DNA of 64,000 nucleotides, from the NCBI RefSeq assembly GCF_001194135.2, contig NC_068984.1, positions 23,149,728 through 23,213,727 of the forward strand, in the 5' to 3' direction. The translations under genes and the position numbers were made by a program. A model generated the notes under the pieces. It ran no database searches, was not told the origin of the DNA, and saw nothing but the letters and a program-made list of their open reading frames with translations. Origin of the DNA: Octopus bimaculoides. Its lineage: Eukaryota. This document shows, one piece after another, positions 51,514 to 63,340 of this stretch (within the stretch, counting starts at the first letter, position 1; each line of letters starts with the position of its first letter).

Positions 51514-52110
51514 CAGGGGTTTTCAAACTGTGGTCCGCGGACCACAGGGGGTCCGCAAGGATAAGACAGGGGGTCCGTGGACAGCAAATACTTTTTATGG
51601 GCAATTTGATTTAATATATGTTTTTTAATCGAAATCTTTTAATTGACAATAAACCTATTTGTTAAATACTGTTAAATAAATAAATGTAAAAATATATGTT
51701 ATTTTAAGCAAATATTTATGTATAAATTTCACAAGTGGGTACTACTAAAGCAGCGCGGACCCGAACGCGCAGTCGCGCGTCCGCGCTAGCTAGTCTTGAG
51801 TGGTCGATCCTAACCCTAACCCTATCCCTAACCCTAACCCTAACCCTAACCCTAACCCTANNNNNNNNNNNNNNNNNNNNNNNNNNNNNNNNNNNNNNNN
51901 NNNNNNNNNNNNNNNNNNNNNAATACGTGTTTAGGGTAGGGTTAGGGTTAGGAATAGGGTTAGGGTTAGGATCGACCACTCACGACTAGCTAGCGCGGAC
52001 GCGCGACTGCGCGTTCGGGTCCGCGCTGCTTTAGTAGTACCTCACAAGTGTCTATAAGGTAAAGCCTGAAATTAAAGGGGTCTGCAAGTCAAAAAGTTTG
52101 AAAACCCCTG
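51514..52110. mobile_element. hAT-type MITE (about 284 bp without its insert) carrying a nested element
   Basis: TIRs caggggttttcaaact / agtttgaaaacccctg; perfect 8-bp TSD GTTTAGAC at 51506-51513 and 52111-52118. Confidence 0.92.
51738..52041. mobile_element. Fold-back (Mutator-like) element with about 71-bp GC-rich TIRs continuing inward as (CCCTAA)n ... (TTAGGG)n
   Basis: 9-bp TSD TCACAAGTG at 51729-51737 and 52042-52050; ends GGTACTACT / AGTAGTACC; one mismatch in the unique TIR part; centre hidden by gap 51861-51921. Superfamily is inferred from TSD length and termini. Confidence 0.85.
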
Positions 52111-53099
52111 GTTTAGACAATAAATGCATCTTTTACATTTAAGGTATTTGCAATTACCTTTTTTTTTTTTTTTATTTTGTCTATATATTTTTTAATATTT
52201 TGTGTACATGCATGTGATTATGCTTATGGGATTTGAATGTGTGTATATGTGCGCGCGCGTTTTTGCTAAAATGTAATTAAACAGTATCCTTCACGGAGAA
52301 TAGTTATCTCAGAGACGTCATCTGCATCGAAAACAACAGGAAAGTTAGAACTATCGTATCTAATGCTGGCAGGGCCTATGAAAGAGTTAGGTGAGTTCAG
52401 CGAGTGCATTAGTCTAGGGTTTGGAAATCTCTGAAAAGTCTCCTTGGATTCATGACAAGAGTAGGATCTCCCATTTCCGAGGGGTAGAAGGAAAGCAACT
52501 TTGTTTCGTCATGCAGTATTTCATTTAGAGACCCCGAGTGCAGGTTGGGAGAGGGGCATAAAAAAAACAGTTAACTAGAAACGAAGGATCACCTGAAGAA
52601 TCGCTACTCTTCAGACGGGATGTCCAGCCATGATGAATCTTCAGGTGTTAACGCCTGGGATAATACTATTTCAGGTGAGCTCAGGACAAGGTCAGAACAC
52701 TGAAACATCACATCGATGTATCATCATCCACAACAGCAGCGCCATTACCAGCGCCAAAATTAAGGTCATCTTTATAACACCAATACCATCATCATTACTA
52801 CCACATTCATTACCTCCATCACGATCACCACTTCCAACAACAGCATCGGCACGTCGGCACTACTACCACCACACCATCACCATTGACACTTGCTCCACTA
52901 ACACTATTACAACCACTAATGACACTGATATCCCTATCACTACCAGCATCGCAACCACCACCACCACCACTACCACCACCATCAAAGGGTGAATGAAATC
53001 CGAAAAGAAAGGAAAGAAAGAAAATTAGAGTTACGCCCCCTTCGACCGCAGAAATTATAATTAAACTAACTGCTGTAGAATACTTCAACGGAATTATAT

Positions 53100-53245
53100 A
53101 CGACGGGTTTCTTTCAGTTTCCTCTACAGAATTAACTCACAAGGTCTTAAGCTTGTAGTAGAAGACATCTATCCAAGGTATTACACAGTGAGACTGAATC
53201 CGGTATCATATGGCTGGATAGCAAACTTTTTACCATACAGTATGT
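53100..53245 (-). mobile_element. Decayed SINE family B copy
   Basis: acgacgggtttctttcagtttcc...gagactgaatccgg. Confidence 0.75.
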
Positions 53246-54349
53246 AGTATTGCATGTACTGAATATTTAGTTTAATATTTATCCTCATTTTCCCCAAAGT
53301 AGAATACTTTATAACGTCAATTTATTCCAATTTATCTATGAATAGATGTTGTGCGTATACATATATGTAAATAACAAACATTTCTGTGTACTGTTTCTTT
53401 TCTGAAAAAACATATGACATTTGCTACTATAGATTAGATGAGCATGTTTATAAGAGCTTGCTCCAGCGACGATCGTCCATGTAACATATGAAACTTTGAA
53501 ACCTAAAAGTATTATATGAATATTTATTTTAATACATACACTTATAGCTTATGTTGTTTCTAGTGTATACATTGGAAGCACACTCAGGCACACACATAAT
53601 GAAAATAAATATGTATGCATATATGTATGTGTTTATATATACATACATACATATATACTTGAGATTCATAAATCAACTTCTTTATGTGTTAAAGAAACTT
53701 TACTTTCGGATCTTTTTTAAAACGGGGCCACATTTTTCATTAATGTTTTACGTAGTGTTTTTGGTACCGAAAGACTTTCAAACTTCGTATACTTATCTAT
53801 TTTGTGTTATAGAACAGAAAAATATTTTTGTATTCGAATTTATTTCATGTAAAAAATTGTCTTATTTCGATAATTTCAACCAATCACTGACAAGCATTCA
53901 GCTGTTTATATTTACTCCTTTGGCTGATTAAGCGGTGTAAAGCGTATTTAATTTCCATAGCTTCGTTTTGCTTTCTTCTTTTTAAATTTGCTGTTTTACC
54001 CTAACCCTAACCCTATCACCGATAGAATTGTTTCAGAATCGTTTGTTTATGTAGTCGGCACTTAATGTATATCGGCTGAATGGACGTCAGTGATTGGTTG
54101 AAATTACAGAAATACGACAACTTTAACGTGGAATAACTTAGGGATTTCCTTTTTTTTTTAAGAAGACTAAGAGAAAAAGATGTTTTATATGACACATTCT
54201 ACCAGTGTTCCAAGTTTCAAAGTGTTTCGTTAATGAAAAATGTGACCCCCGTTTTAAAAAAGATCCTTACTTTCTTTATTTTAATATTTACATCACTTTT
54301 GTTTGTGTTCAAAGGTGTTTATCATTATCCCTGATTTCCAATGAAAAAC

Positions 54350-54728
54350 ATAACGCCACAAAGGAAAACACAACATGTATCCTGGTTCATAGAGACCATA
54401 TCAGATACTCAGGTCTAGTGGAATTAGCGTACAAAGTATGGATAAGAACTACCAACTCGCGTAAGCATCCATACTTGGCATAAAATGTTTATGGAAACAA
54501 GAAGCGTCCTACAGAAAACAGCGGCTGGGCGACCGAGAATACCTGTGGAAGGCGTTGAGCGAATTTGAGTAGCAGCAAATAAACAGTTAAGTCTACCACG
54601 GTCAAAACGTCACAAGGTTTTGCAGAAGAAACTGAGGTTTTATGCTTTTAAAGTGCAACTTTTTTAAGCACATCAGCCGGATGATAAATTCCAAAGGAAA
54701 CGGTTTGGAGTGGACATATTAGCTCCTT
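54350..54728 (+). mobile_element. Tc1/mariner-superfamily transposase N-terminal fragment (pseudogenised)
   Basis: One frame with stops: TPQRKTQHVSWFIET...HTWHKMFMETRSVLQKTAAGRPR...HKVLQKKLRFYAFKVQLF*AHQPDDKFQRKRF. Confidence 0.8.
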
Positions 54729-55156
54729 ATGAGAGATTCATCATGGATGATATTTTTATAGAAAATTCATATAGAAAATTCCCGTAATAGTAGATGCCTT
54801 GAGAAACATTAATGCTTTAAAAATATGCAAGCAAATATGTAACCAAAACGTCACGCTTTACGTATATATACAACACATAAAAAGTAGCACTACTACACAT
54901 ATTACCTATTGTAGAAAACACAAAAATAAACAAAACTCCCCAGATGCGACGAAAGCACGTAATAGAGATATGACTGCCGCAAAATAATAATAATGATGAT
55001 GATGATGATGATGATGATGATAATAATAATAATAATTACGCAAAACACTTTCAATACAGTAACCATAAGAGCATCACAGCAAACCACAGCACATACCCAA
55101 GGCAGACAGAGCTGCGCTCGGTAGTGAAGTGAAATCTCGCTATAAAAATAAAACTA

Positions 55157-55204
<48 letters not shown>

Positions 55205-55282
55205 CCTTTCTACTATAAGCACAAGGCCTGAAATTTGGGGGGAGGAAACCCGGCGTGCTAACGATTCTGCTATCTCGCGATC

Positions 55283-55330
<48 letters not shown>

Positions 55331-55934
55331 GCGGTACCTGCGGAAATTCTGCCCAAATAGGTAGAAAATGCATTTAACGTTCTCACCAGCCGCTGCTAGG
55401 GCGATTTTGGTCTACCGCCTATATGTATTGTGTTTTTAATACAGCATGTCCTTAAGAGATATTATCTCCAAACGAACATCAAGTAAATTTTCTTTTCGCG
55501 ATGTATTTACATTAAGTATGATTACACAGATGGCTAATTTACTCATAGTCTAATATTGCTTCTGTTGCATGCAGCGAATTTTACAAATTCTTATGCATAA
55601 ATTTATGGATTCTCATTACATTATTTCGTTATCTTAAATATTTTGTTTATATCTTCCAGTTCATCCCATCGTTAATGTTGTTGGGCTTGTTTCATTATGT
55701 TAATTATTTCGATTACGTCTTCTATTTTGTTCTTTATTTAAGGTTGAATAGAGCATAACATTCGAACACATATCGTGATCATAATATTATAGATTTATGG
55801 CCATGAATGCTAGATAGAGTACGATCGGGAATACAAAGAGCCGAAATAGGTTTTTTCTGAAGTATCTCAAGGGTAATGTTACTCGACAGGGTACTTAACA
55901 CGACGATTGGAGTGTCTCTCCAGGTCATAGATCC

Positions 55935-56160
55935 AGTGCTACGGACATGTAGTTAAGATGCTGCTGGAAAGGATCGCAAGACGGATTCTTTAAGCCGAGC
56001 CAACTGGCAAGAAACCAAGGGGTAGACCAAGAACGAGATGGTTAGATAATATCAATAACTCCAGTTGGTTACGCTAGAAAATCCAACCGGAAAGTGTAAT
56101 GACGGTTGCTTCTGATAGGACTGAATGAAAGAGATGTCTCAGGACTCTACCCACAAGAAT
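55935..56160 (+). mobile_element. 3' end of an RTE-like LINE
   Basis: YGHVVKMLLERIARRIL*AEPTGKKPRGRPRTRWLDNI. Confidence 0.8.
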
Positions 56161-56479
56161 AGTGGGTGCTCAAAAGGGATGGAGATGGATGCATGGATGT
56201 CTTTTGGAATTATAAATACTTCATATAAAATAACAAAAAAATCCCTTAGTAAAATGTTTATAGCTGTTAGTCATTTTACGCACTTCTAAACTGGGAAGGA
56301 ATAAAATGTAAATGAGATTAATGTGATTAATGTTAAACTTGACTCTTTCCAGGTTATTAGTCGAAGGGAAGACATTAGAATGAAGTTCCGTGGGCATTTA
56401 TTCGTTAAGAAAAACTGAGAGCTGACATTTACAAATGTAACCGTCAAACTTCAGGACAGATACCTAGGAAAGTATTTCG

Positions 56480-58165
56480 TCTGATATTGTTGTTGCTTGC
56501 TTGCTTACTTCTTGTTTTATTCTCTTGCTTGTTTCATGCAGGTTAGTGGTCCCAGAGGCATCATTGTGCACAGAGCCGATCAGGTCCTTCAGTGCTCCCC
56601 ACACGTGCCAGCCCCTCTGTATCCTCCAAGATGACGTCAAGCCTCGGGAGATCTTCCCCAATCACGTTCAGTCATCTGTGCGGGGTAGTGATGTCAAAGG
56701 GGCTTCCATAGATGGTACATCACCCCAGCGCCCAGACTACACCATTTTTTGTGACTACGGAGTCCAGGTAGATGAAGGAACCGACAAACTTCGCGACATC
56801 GCATCCAATGTGGAAATGGGGAGGGTCCGAGTCATCACCGACATGCATCAGATTGGTTTTCACCCAACTCACCTGAAAGCTAAGTTAAGCTGTTATTTTT
56901 GGTATTTCGCTGATTCTTCCCTGAGCCGATCCATCGAGTTGTTGAACTCCAGGTCGGCAAGGTATTGGTTCCCGAAGGTAAGTCCAGAGATTTGGTCATC
57001 AGATAATCGATGATACAGATGAAGAGATCGGGGGCGGTCACACAGCCCTGTTTGACACCGCTGTTGATGGGGAATCAGTAGGAGTCTTTCTCGTTTACCC
57101 GCATGCAGTTCTCGGCACTGCTATATAGTTGGAATAGAACGGTAATACTAGGAGATGCGTCGACGAGCCTGATAATTTTTCGAGAGAGATGTATGGTCGA
57201 CCGTGTCGAATGCCACCTTGTGGTCGTCGAAGGCGGTGTAGAGATGGAGATCTTAGTGGAACTCCGAGATCTTTCAATAATGAGACGAAGGGCAAAAATA
57301 CAGTCGGTGATAGATCAATTTGGCATGAATCCGGCTTGTTGTGGGCGGCGTCTACTTCTTCTAATGGCAAAAAGAGCACGGCTGAAGGATCCTGTTAGAG
57401 AGCTTGCCTGGGATGGAGAGGAGAGTGATGCCCTTGTGGTTGCTGCAGATGAGTTTGTCGCCTTGGCTGAAGAGGAGAAGGTAGATTTGGCGCCCGTCAG
57501 GATGATCAGGATGTGGGATGGTATTTGTCCTAAAACCTGTTGGAGCTGGTCATAGTTGTCGTCCTTGACTGTGTTCTCTGCGACGTCTGTATGGGCATAG
57601 GCAATGATGTAGGTGGGGAAAACGAGTGGAGAGCAAATGGTCGCTCACCAGGTTCCAGCATAGCCAGTGTCACGCTTCAGATGCCCGTCCGGTCTTCGAG
57701 GCCACTCCAGTTGAGGCAACAGTCTCTCACAATGAATTCACCTCTGCCAAGCCAGGGTACGCCGCAGAGTCTTGCCAGGGTGATGTTGTAATGGGGTAGC
57801 TCTCAGGATAGTAGAGTGGCTGTCGCAGGGCGAAGGAACGACAGGACATTCCGTGTGGCAACTGGATTGTTTTGCGTAAATTGATTTCTCGTTGCTCGTG
57901 AGCATTCAGGGATCCGTTTCGATGTTGGGCAGTCTGATTTCTTCTGGTCAGTGTCGTAACAGGTTGAGGGTTCATCTGGGCGAGTTGTTGGTCATAGTTA
58001 CTCTGGAACCTCCCCGGGAGACCGGCCTGCTTAGGGTGGTCCTACCAGGAGCAAAGATCCAGACACTAACGCTCTCTCTCGGATCTGCAGAACACGCAAT
58101 CTCCCTCGCCTCGACAAGGCCAGCCGCCGGAGGGGGTCTGGCCTTCTGCATCCTAATTTTTCGTA
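56480..58165 (-). mobile_element. RTE-clade LINE with 5' UTR, partial endonuclease and RT, internally deleted and frameshifted
   Basis: EN remnant IIAYAHTD...KDDNYDQLQQVLGQIPSHILIILTG; RT remnants GDKLICSNHKGITLLSIPGK, QQAGFMP, FDDHKVAFDTVDH, SGVKQGCVTAPDLF; GC-rich island. Confidence 0.88.
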
Positions 58166-59689
58166 AGATGGTGAGTTGCAGTTTGAAGGAGATTCAGCTG
58201 CTATTTCTAGTAAGTTGAGTGACCACGTAGAAGTTCCCTCATTGGTTCGTTTGTTGTTGTTGTTTTTTAACCCAAATAATCTTTGATCGAATAGGCCTAT
58301 GACCAAGGGCGTTACAGTTAGGATCATCCTATCTTTTTTAGAGGATCTCTTTTTCATGGCGATAGGGTGTCATTTGAGAAAGATTTGGCTGTCGTTTCTA
58401 GCGACTTGAGCAACCACATAGGGGACCCTTTTTGGTATTTTAGCTACGATTTTTGTTATTTACCAGTTTGGCATTCTTTAACTTTATTGTTGTTTTGTAT
58501 ATCATATGAAACATTGCTTTCAAATAAACGAGCGTTTCAGGAGATTCATTTTTGGCATACCTTGCTACTGTCAACAATGCACTGTGTCGTAGTGTGGTCA
58601 AGCGATCTGTTAAAAACAACAATGAAATCTCCCTCAAATTACACCTTACCTTCCTAGAAAGTACACTATGCTTACAAAAACAAAAGAAAATATGTGTGAT
58701 GGTCATTGCTAAAATATTTGTTCCATCAGTGCCTGTTGATATCAGCACACAATTAAACTGTAATTGTGTATGTGTATCTACAAATAGCATGAGAATATGT
58801 CTATTGTAACAATGAAGAGAGGGAGAGAGAGTCAGAGTTAAAGAGTGAGAGACGGCGAGAATGCAAACAGAGAGAGGGAGATAGAGACGGTGAGATTGTA
58901 AACAGAAGAAAATGTGTGTGTGTGAGCGTGAGTGTATGTGCGCGCGTGCATGTGTGCGTACATGTGACCGTGTGTGTGTGCGTGCGTGCGTGCGTGCGCG
59001 TGTTCTATATCACAATGTATATGTCAGCGCCAAAGCGGTAGTCCAAAAGAAAATAAAAGGAAAATAAAGAACAGCCCTGGTTATCTATAATAGTAAGATC
59101 GCAATTGAAGTTATGGATGTTATATACTCTCTCTTCTCAGAGTTCACCAGAATGACAGCTTACCTTGAGTCAAGAAGAATGCTTGAATGCTTTCATTACG
59201 ATACACAGAAACTATTCAGGGCTGGATTTCGTAGACGCAGGACTCCTGTTACAGTAAAAGAGCAGATGTGACTCAGTCGTATGTAGACAGCAACGACCCA
59301 AGATGCTTTGATAGCGGATAAGGCTCTCGGGGTTCTGTTTATTTCTGCTGCTGAGTGCAAAAAGATTAGCAGTGTCGATGGCCAAGGAGCTAATCTTTAA
59401 AAGATGAGTGGAAATGATCTTTTGTACATCATATCTACAGTGTCTTGAACTGCGCTTCCGCAATAAATGTGACAGCTATAGTACGTTTTCCACAAGCAGG
59501 GATCAATATATTATTGCTCTTCCTACAGAAGGTGAAATCAGGACAGTCTTAGGTACTCTATCCAGCAGCAAGGACCCTGGATTTAGTACATATCTAACCA
59601 ATATCTACAAAATTGGATGTCTTTGCCTTATTCCAAGTTTCACCTGAGATCAGAGTGACCCCAATAGGGCACTTTCGCAAGAAAGAGTA

Positions 59690-59835
59690 CTGTAACGACT
59701 ACCGGAACATAATCACTGTTGTCAATCTCTGAAAATATTCTCACTCAAGTAACACTGAATCGCTGATTGACCACCTTCATAAAAGCTTCTAGAGAGCTAG
59801 TGCAGTTTTCAAGAGGATCGCAGTACAATTGACAC
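59690..59835 (+). mobile_element. Short RTE-like RT fragment
   Basis: CNDYRNI...QCSFQEDRSTID resembles C.NYRGI...QCGFR..RST.D. Confidence 0.55.
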
Positions 59836-59867
59836 TGGATTAACCATTGAGCAAAATAACTACGTGT

Positions 59868-60500
59868 TTAAGGCATCAAGGGAAGTGCAGAAATGGTAAA
59901 CGGCACCACAGAAATGGTAAATCTATAGAAGGCTTTAGAATTTATTTTTCGATTTTTTACTGCCCTGGTTTCTTTTTCTACCTTCGCCTTTTCATGGGAG
60001 TGTTTTGAGTTCACTTCCAATCTCAAGCAGTGTTTGAGGGAGGATTCTTCATTATCCTTCGGTGGCCCATTTAGATGATTTGAGATCTTTGCCCGTCGTC
60101 TCATTGGAATCTTCTTATTCCTGAAAATTATGTTTTTCTGTCGGTTTGACATTTTCTCTAGAGCCAACTTACTGCATATGTCATGCATGATTATCATAAA
60201 GTGCTGTAGCTTTATGTCAATATCCTGCGTCGAGAGATTGGTTTGCCAGTTTTGTTCCATGATCTCTTTCCGCAAATCTTTCCAGTCAGCTTTATGGAAG
60301 TTCAGGATGAAAAAGCGTCGGGTGCTTCTAGTAACCAGCATATCTTTAGTTTTCTGCGGATGTTGCTAGTTCTATTAAGTTATCATCCGAGAAAATGGTC
60401 GGTGCTACATTAACATGACGGATGCGCACTGCATTATTCGTGAATCAGGGTTCCAGAACACTTTAACTCGTATTGTATGGAGCACTGGTTATTCTATGAA
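59868..60500 (-). mobile_element. CR1/L2-like LINE fragment (end of endonuclease and linker)
   Basis: IFSDDNLIE (SDH motif remnant), then LNFHKADWKDLRKEIMEQNW...KINSKAFYRF. Confidence 0.7.
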
Positions 60501-61124
60501 TAACATGTTTGTAAGATCAAGCCGAGACTCTACTTGCCTCTGTTCATGCAGTGACATACCTAGGAGATATATGTATAATTTCTATTTGAAATATATAAGC
60601 AATAAGACTTGTGACTACATTCACAGTAATTAAATGTTTGAATTATACAAATCAAATATACCTCCTGACATTCATGTGTTTTTATTCACACTCGCGCGCA
60701 CACACACATTCATTAATTGTTATAATCACGTTTTCTTGATACTAAATATCTTTGTTCTAATGAAATCTGTTATTATATAGCACACACCCATATTTATTAA
60801 GCACTTACTCACAGTCGTTATTATATATACATAAAAATGTATATGTTTATACACATACACACACACACATATGATGGTAGTCTCTTGTAGTCTGAGAAAG
60901 AAGGTTCTGCAATTCCTTGGTGAAGACGTTGCACAAATGATTTTGTTTAAAGAGATCAAATGTATGATGCATGTAGTGTAGAGTAGCTCACTTCCTCCAC
61001 CAAATTGACGTTGTCTGAACAGATATCAAAGTGATCGCTGAGAAACATGAGACGAAGTGTCCTGCTGAAGAGCACAAAGCAGCACGCGATCCACGAATAG
61101 AAATCGCAATCTCATGATGTGCTC

Positions 61125-61164
<40 letters not shown>

Positions 61165-61209
61165 TATACACACACATGCACACATACGCGTGTGTGGGGG
61201 TGTATAAAT

Positions 61210-61339
61210 ACATGTATACTCTTTTACTCTTTTACTCTTTTACTTGTTTCAGTCTTTTAACTGCGGCCATGCTGGAGCACCGCCTTTAGTCGAGCAAATC
61301 GACCCCAGGGCTTATTCTTTAGAAGCCTAGTACTTATTC
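61210..61339 (-). mobile_element. SINE family B 3' part running into gap 61340-62221
   Basis: (actctttt)n cttgtttcagtc...gcctagtacttattc. Confidence 0.85.
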
Positions 61340-62225
61340 NNNNNNNNNNNNNNNNNNNNNNNNNNNNNNNNNNNNNNNNNNNNNNNNNNNNNNNNNNNNN
61401 NNNNNNNNNNNNNNNNNNNNNNNNNNNNNNNNNNNNNNNNNNNNNNNNNNNNNNNNNNNNNNNNNNNNNNNNNNNNNNNNNNNNNNNNNNNNNNNNNNNN
61501 NNNNNNNNNNNNNNNNNNNNNNNNNNNNNNNNNNNNNNNNNNNNNNNNNNNNNNNNNNNNNNNNNNNNNNNNNNNNNNNNNNNNNNNNNNNNNNNNNNNN
61601 NNNNNNNNNNNNNNNNNNNNNNNNNNNNNNNNNNNNNNNNNNNNNNNNNNNNNNNNNNNNNNNNNNNNNNNNNNNNNNNNNNNNNNNNNNNNNNNNNNNN
61701 NNNNNNNNNNNNNNNNNNNNNNNNNNNNNNNNNNNNNNNNNNNNNNNNNNNNNNNNNNNNNNNNNNNNNNNNNNNNNNNNNNNNNNNNNNNNNNNNNNNN
61801 NNNNNNNNNNNNNNNNNNNNNNNNNNNNNNNNNNNNNNNNNNNNNNNNNNNNNNNNNNNNNNNNNNNNNNNNNNNNNNNNNNNNNNNNNNNNNNNNNNNN
61901 NNNNNNNNNNNNNNNNNNNNNNNNNNNNNNNNNNNNNNNNNNNNNNNNNNNNNNNNNNNNNNNNNNNNNNNNNNNNNNNNNNNNNNNNNNNNNNNNNNNN
62001 NNNNNNNNNNNNNNNNNNNNNNNNNNNNNNNNNNNNNNNNNNNNNNNNNNNNNNNNNNNNNNNNNNNNNNNNNNNNNNNNNNNNNNNNNNNNNNNNNNNN
62101 NNNNNNNNNNNNNNNNNNNNNNNNNNNNNNNNNNNNNNNNNNNNNNNNNNNNNNNNNNNNNNNNNNNNNNNNNNNNNNNNNNNNNNNNNNNNNNNNNNNN
62201 NNNNNNNNNNNNNNNNNNNNNAGGG

Positions 62226-62273
<48 letters not shown>

Positions 62274-62624
62274 AACATTTTATCAACATTGGTGTGATCA
62301 GAAGTTCAGTTTTGATGCCACTTGACTTTCGCATCCTGTGATTTCCACGCTTGCACGTCAAGTTTCACTTGCTCTGTCGCACGGAAACCACATTCCCGGG
62401 CAGCAAGCTACGAAGAACTTCCTTCAGCTTCCCTTTCGTTGTGTTACACACTTTATATACAGCATTCACCTTATTCTGGACCTTCTCGTGTACTGTCGCA
62501 TTTACACAAAAATTATCCCGAACTATGTACGTTTAACTTTGTATTACAGCACAAACTGTTTGTTATTTCTTTTTCAAAGAATGTTATTCACAAACATTGT
62601 TCCTATTCTTTTTTCTTCTTTTTT

Positions 62625-63022
62625 CTTTTACTTGTTTCAGTCATTTGACTGCGGCCATGCTTGAGTACCGCCTTTAGTCGAATCAAATCGACCCCAGGAC
62701 TTATTCTTTGTAAGCCTAACACTTATTCTATCGTCTCTTTTTGCCGAACCGCTAAGTTACGGGGACGTAAACACACCAGCATCGGTTGTCAAGCGATGTT
62801 GGGGGGACAAACACAGATACACAACATATACACACATACATATATATATACATATATACGACGGGCTTCTTTCAGTTTCCGTCTACCAAATCCACTCACA
62901 AGGCTTTGGTCGGCTCGAGGCTATAGTAGAAGACACTTGCCCAAGGTGCCACGCAGTGGGACTGAACCCGGAACCATGTGGTTGGTAAGCAAGCTACTTA
63001 CCACACAGCCACTCCTGCGCCT
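62625..63022 (-). mobile_element. Full-length young SINE family B (tRNA head, body, internal microsatellite, tail)
   Basis: Reverse strand starts aggcgcaggagtggctgtgtggtaag... with B-box GGTTCAGTCCC; CpGs intact. Confidence 0.92.
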
Positions 63023-63340
63023 ATACATACTTTCACATTGTATTTTCATTTTCACTTCGTATTTTCCTTTTGTCATGTTTTGCATTTAGTTTGATGTGCA
63101 TAGCTGTGTAGCTAAAGGTTTACTGCACCAAACTCTGCAATTATATTCACTATCTATCATGATGCATGTATTGCATTTTCTATTTTACTACTTGTTTGCA
63201 AGAACATGTTTCTGTTACCTCGTTTTGCTTAGTTTCTGCCCTGGATCGCTACAATGGTTCTGCTTATCGACTGTTCGTCTGAGACGGGAGTTATGTAGTG
63301 ACCCCTGGTGGCTACGACGGCAAGCAAAATAGAAAAGGTA

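Noticed and set aside
51809-51972. Ancient telomere-telomere fusion site or a true chromosome end
   Set aside because: The orientation is CCCTAA then TTAGGG (opposite to a fusion), and the tract is enclosed by TIRs and a 9-bp TSD
52630-52992. Thr/His-rich mucin-like ORF
   Set aside because: Derived from (CAC/CAT/ACC)n low-complexity sequence; no splice or domain support
62305-62450. Short minus-strand open frame (TKGKLKEVLRSLLPGNVVSVRQ...) as an exon of a neighbouring gene
   Set aside because: No convincing splice sites or recognisable domain
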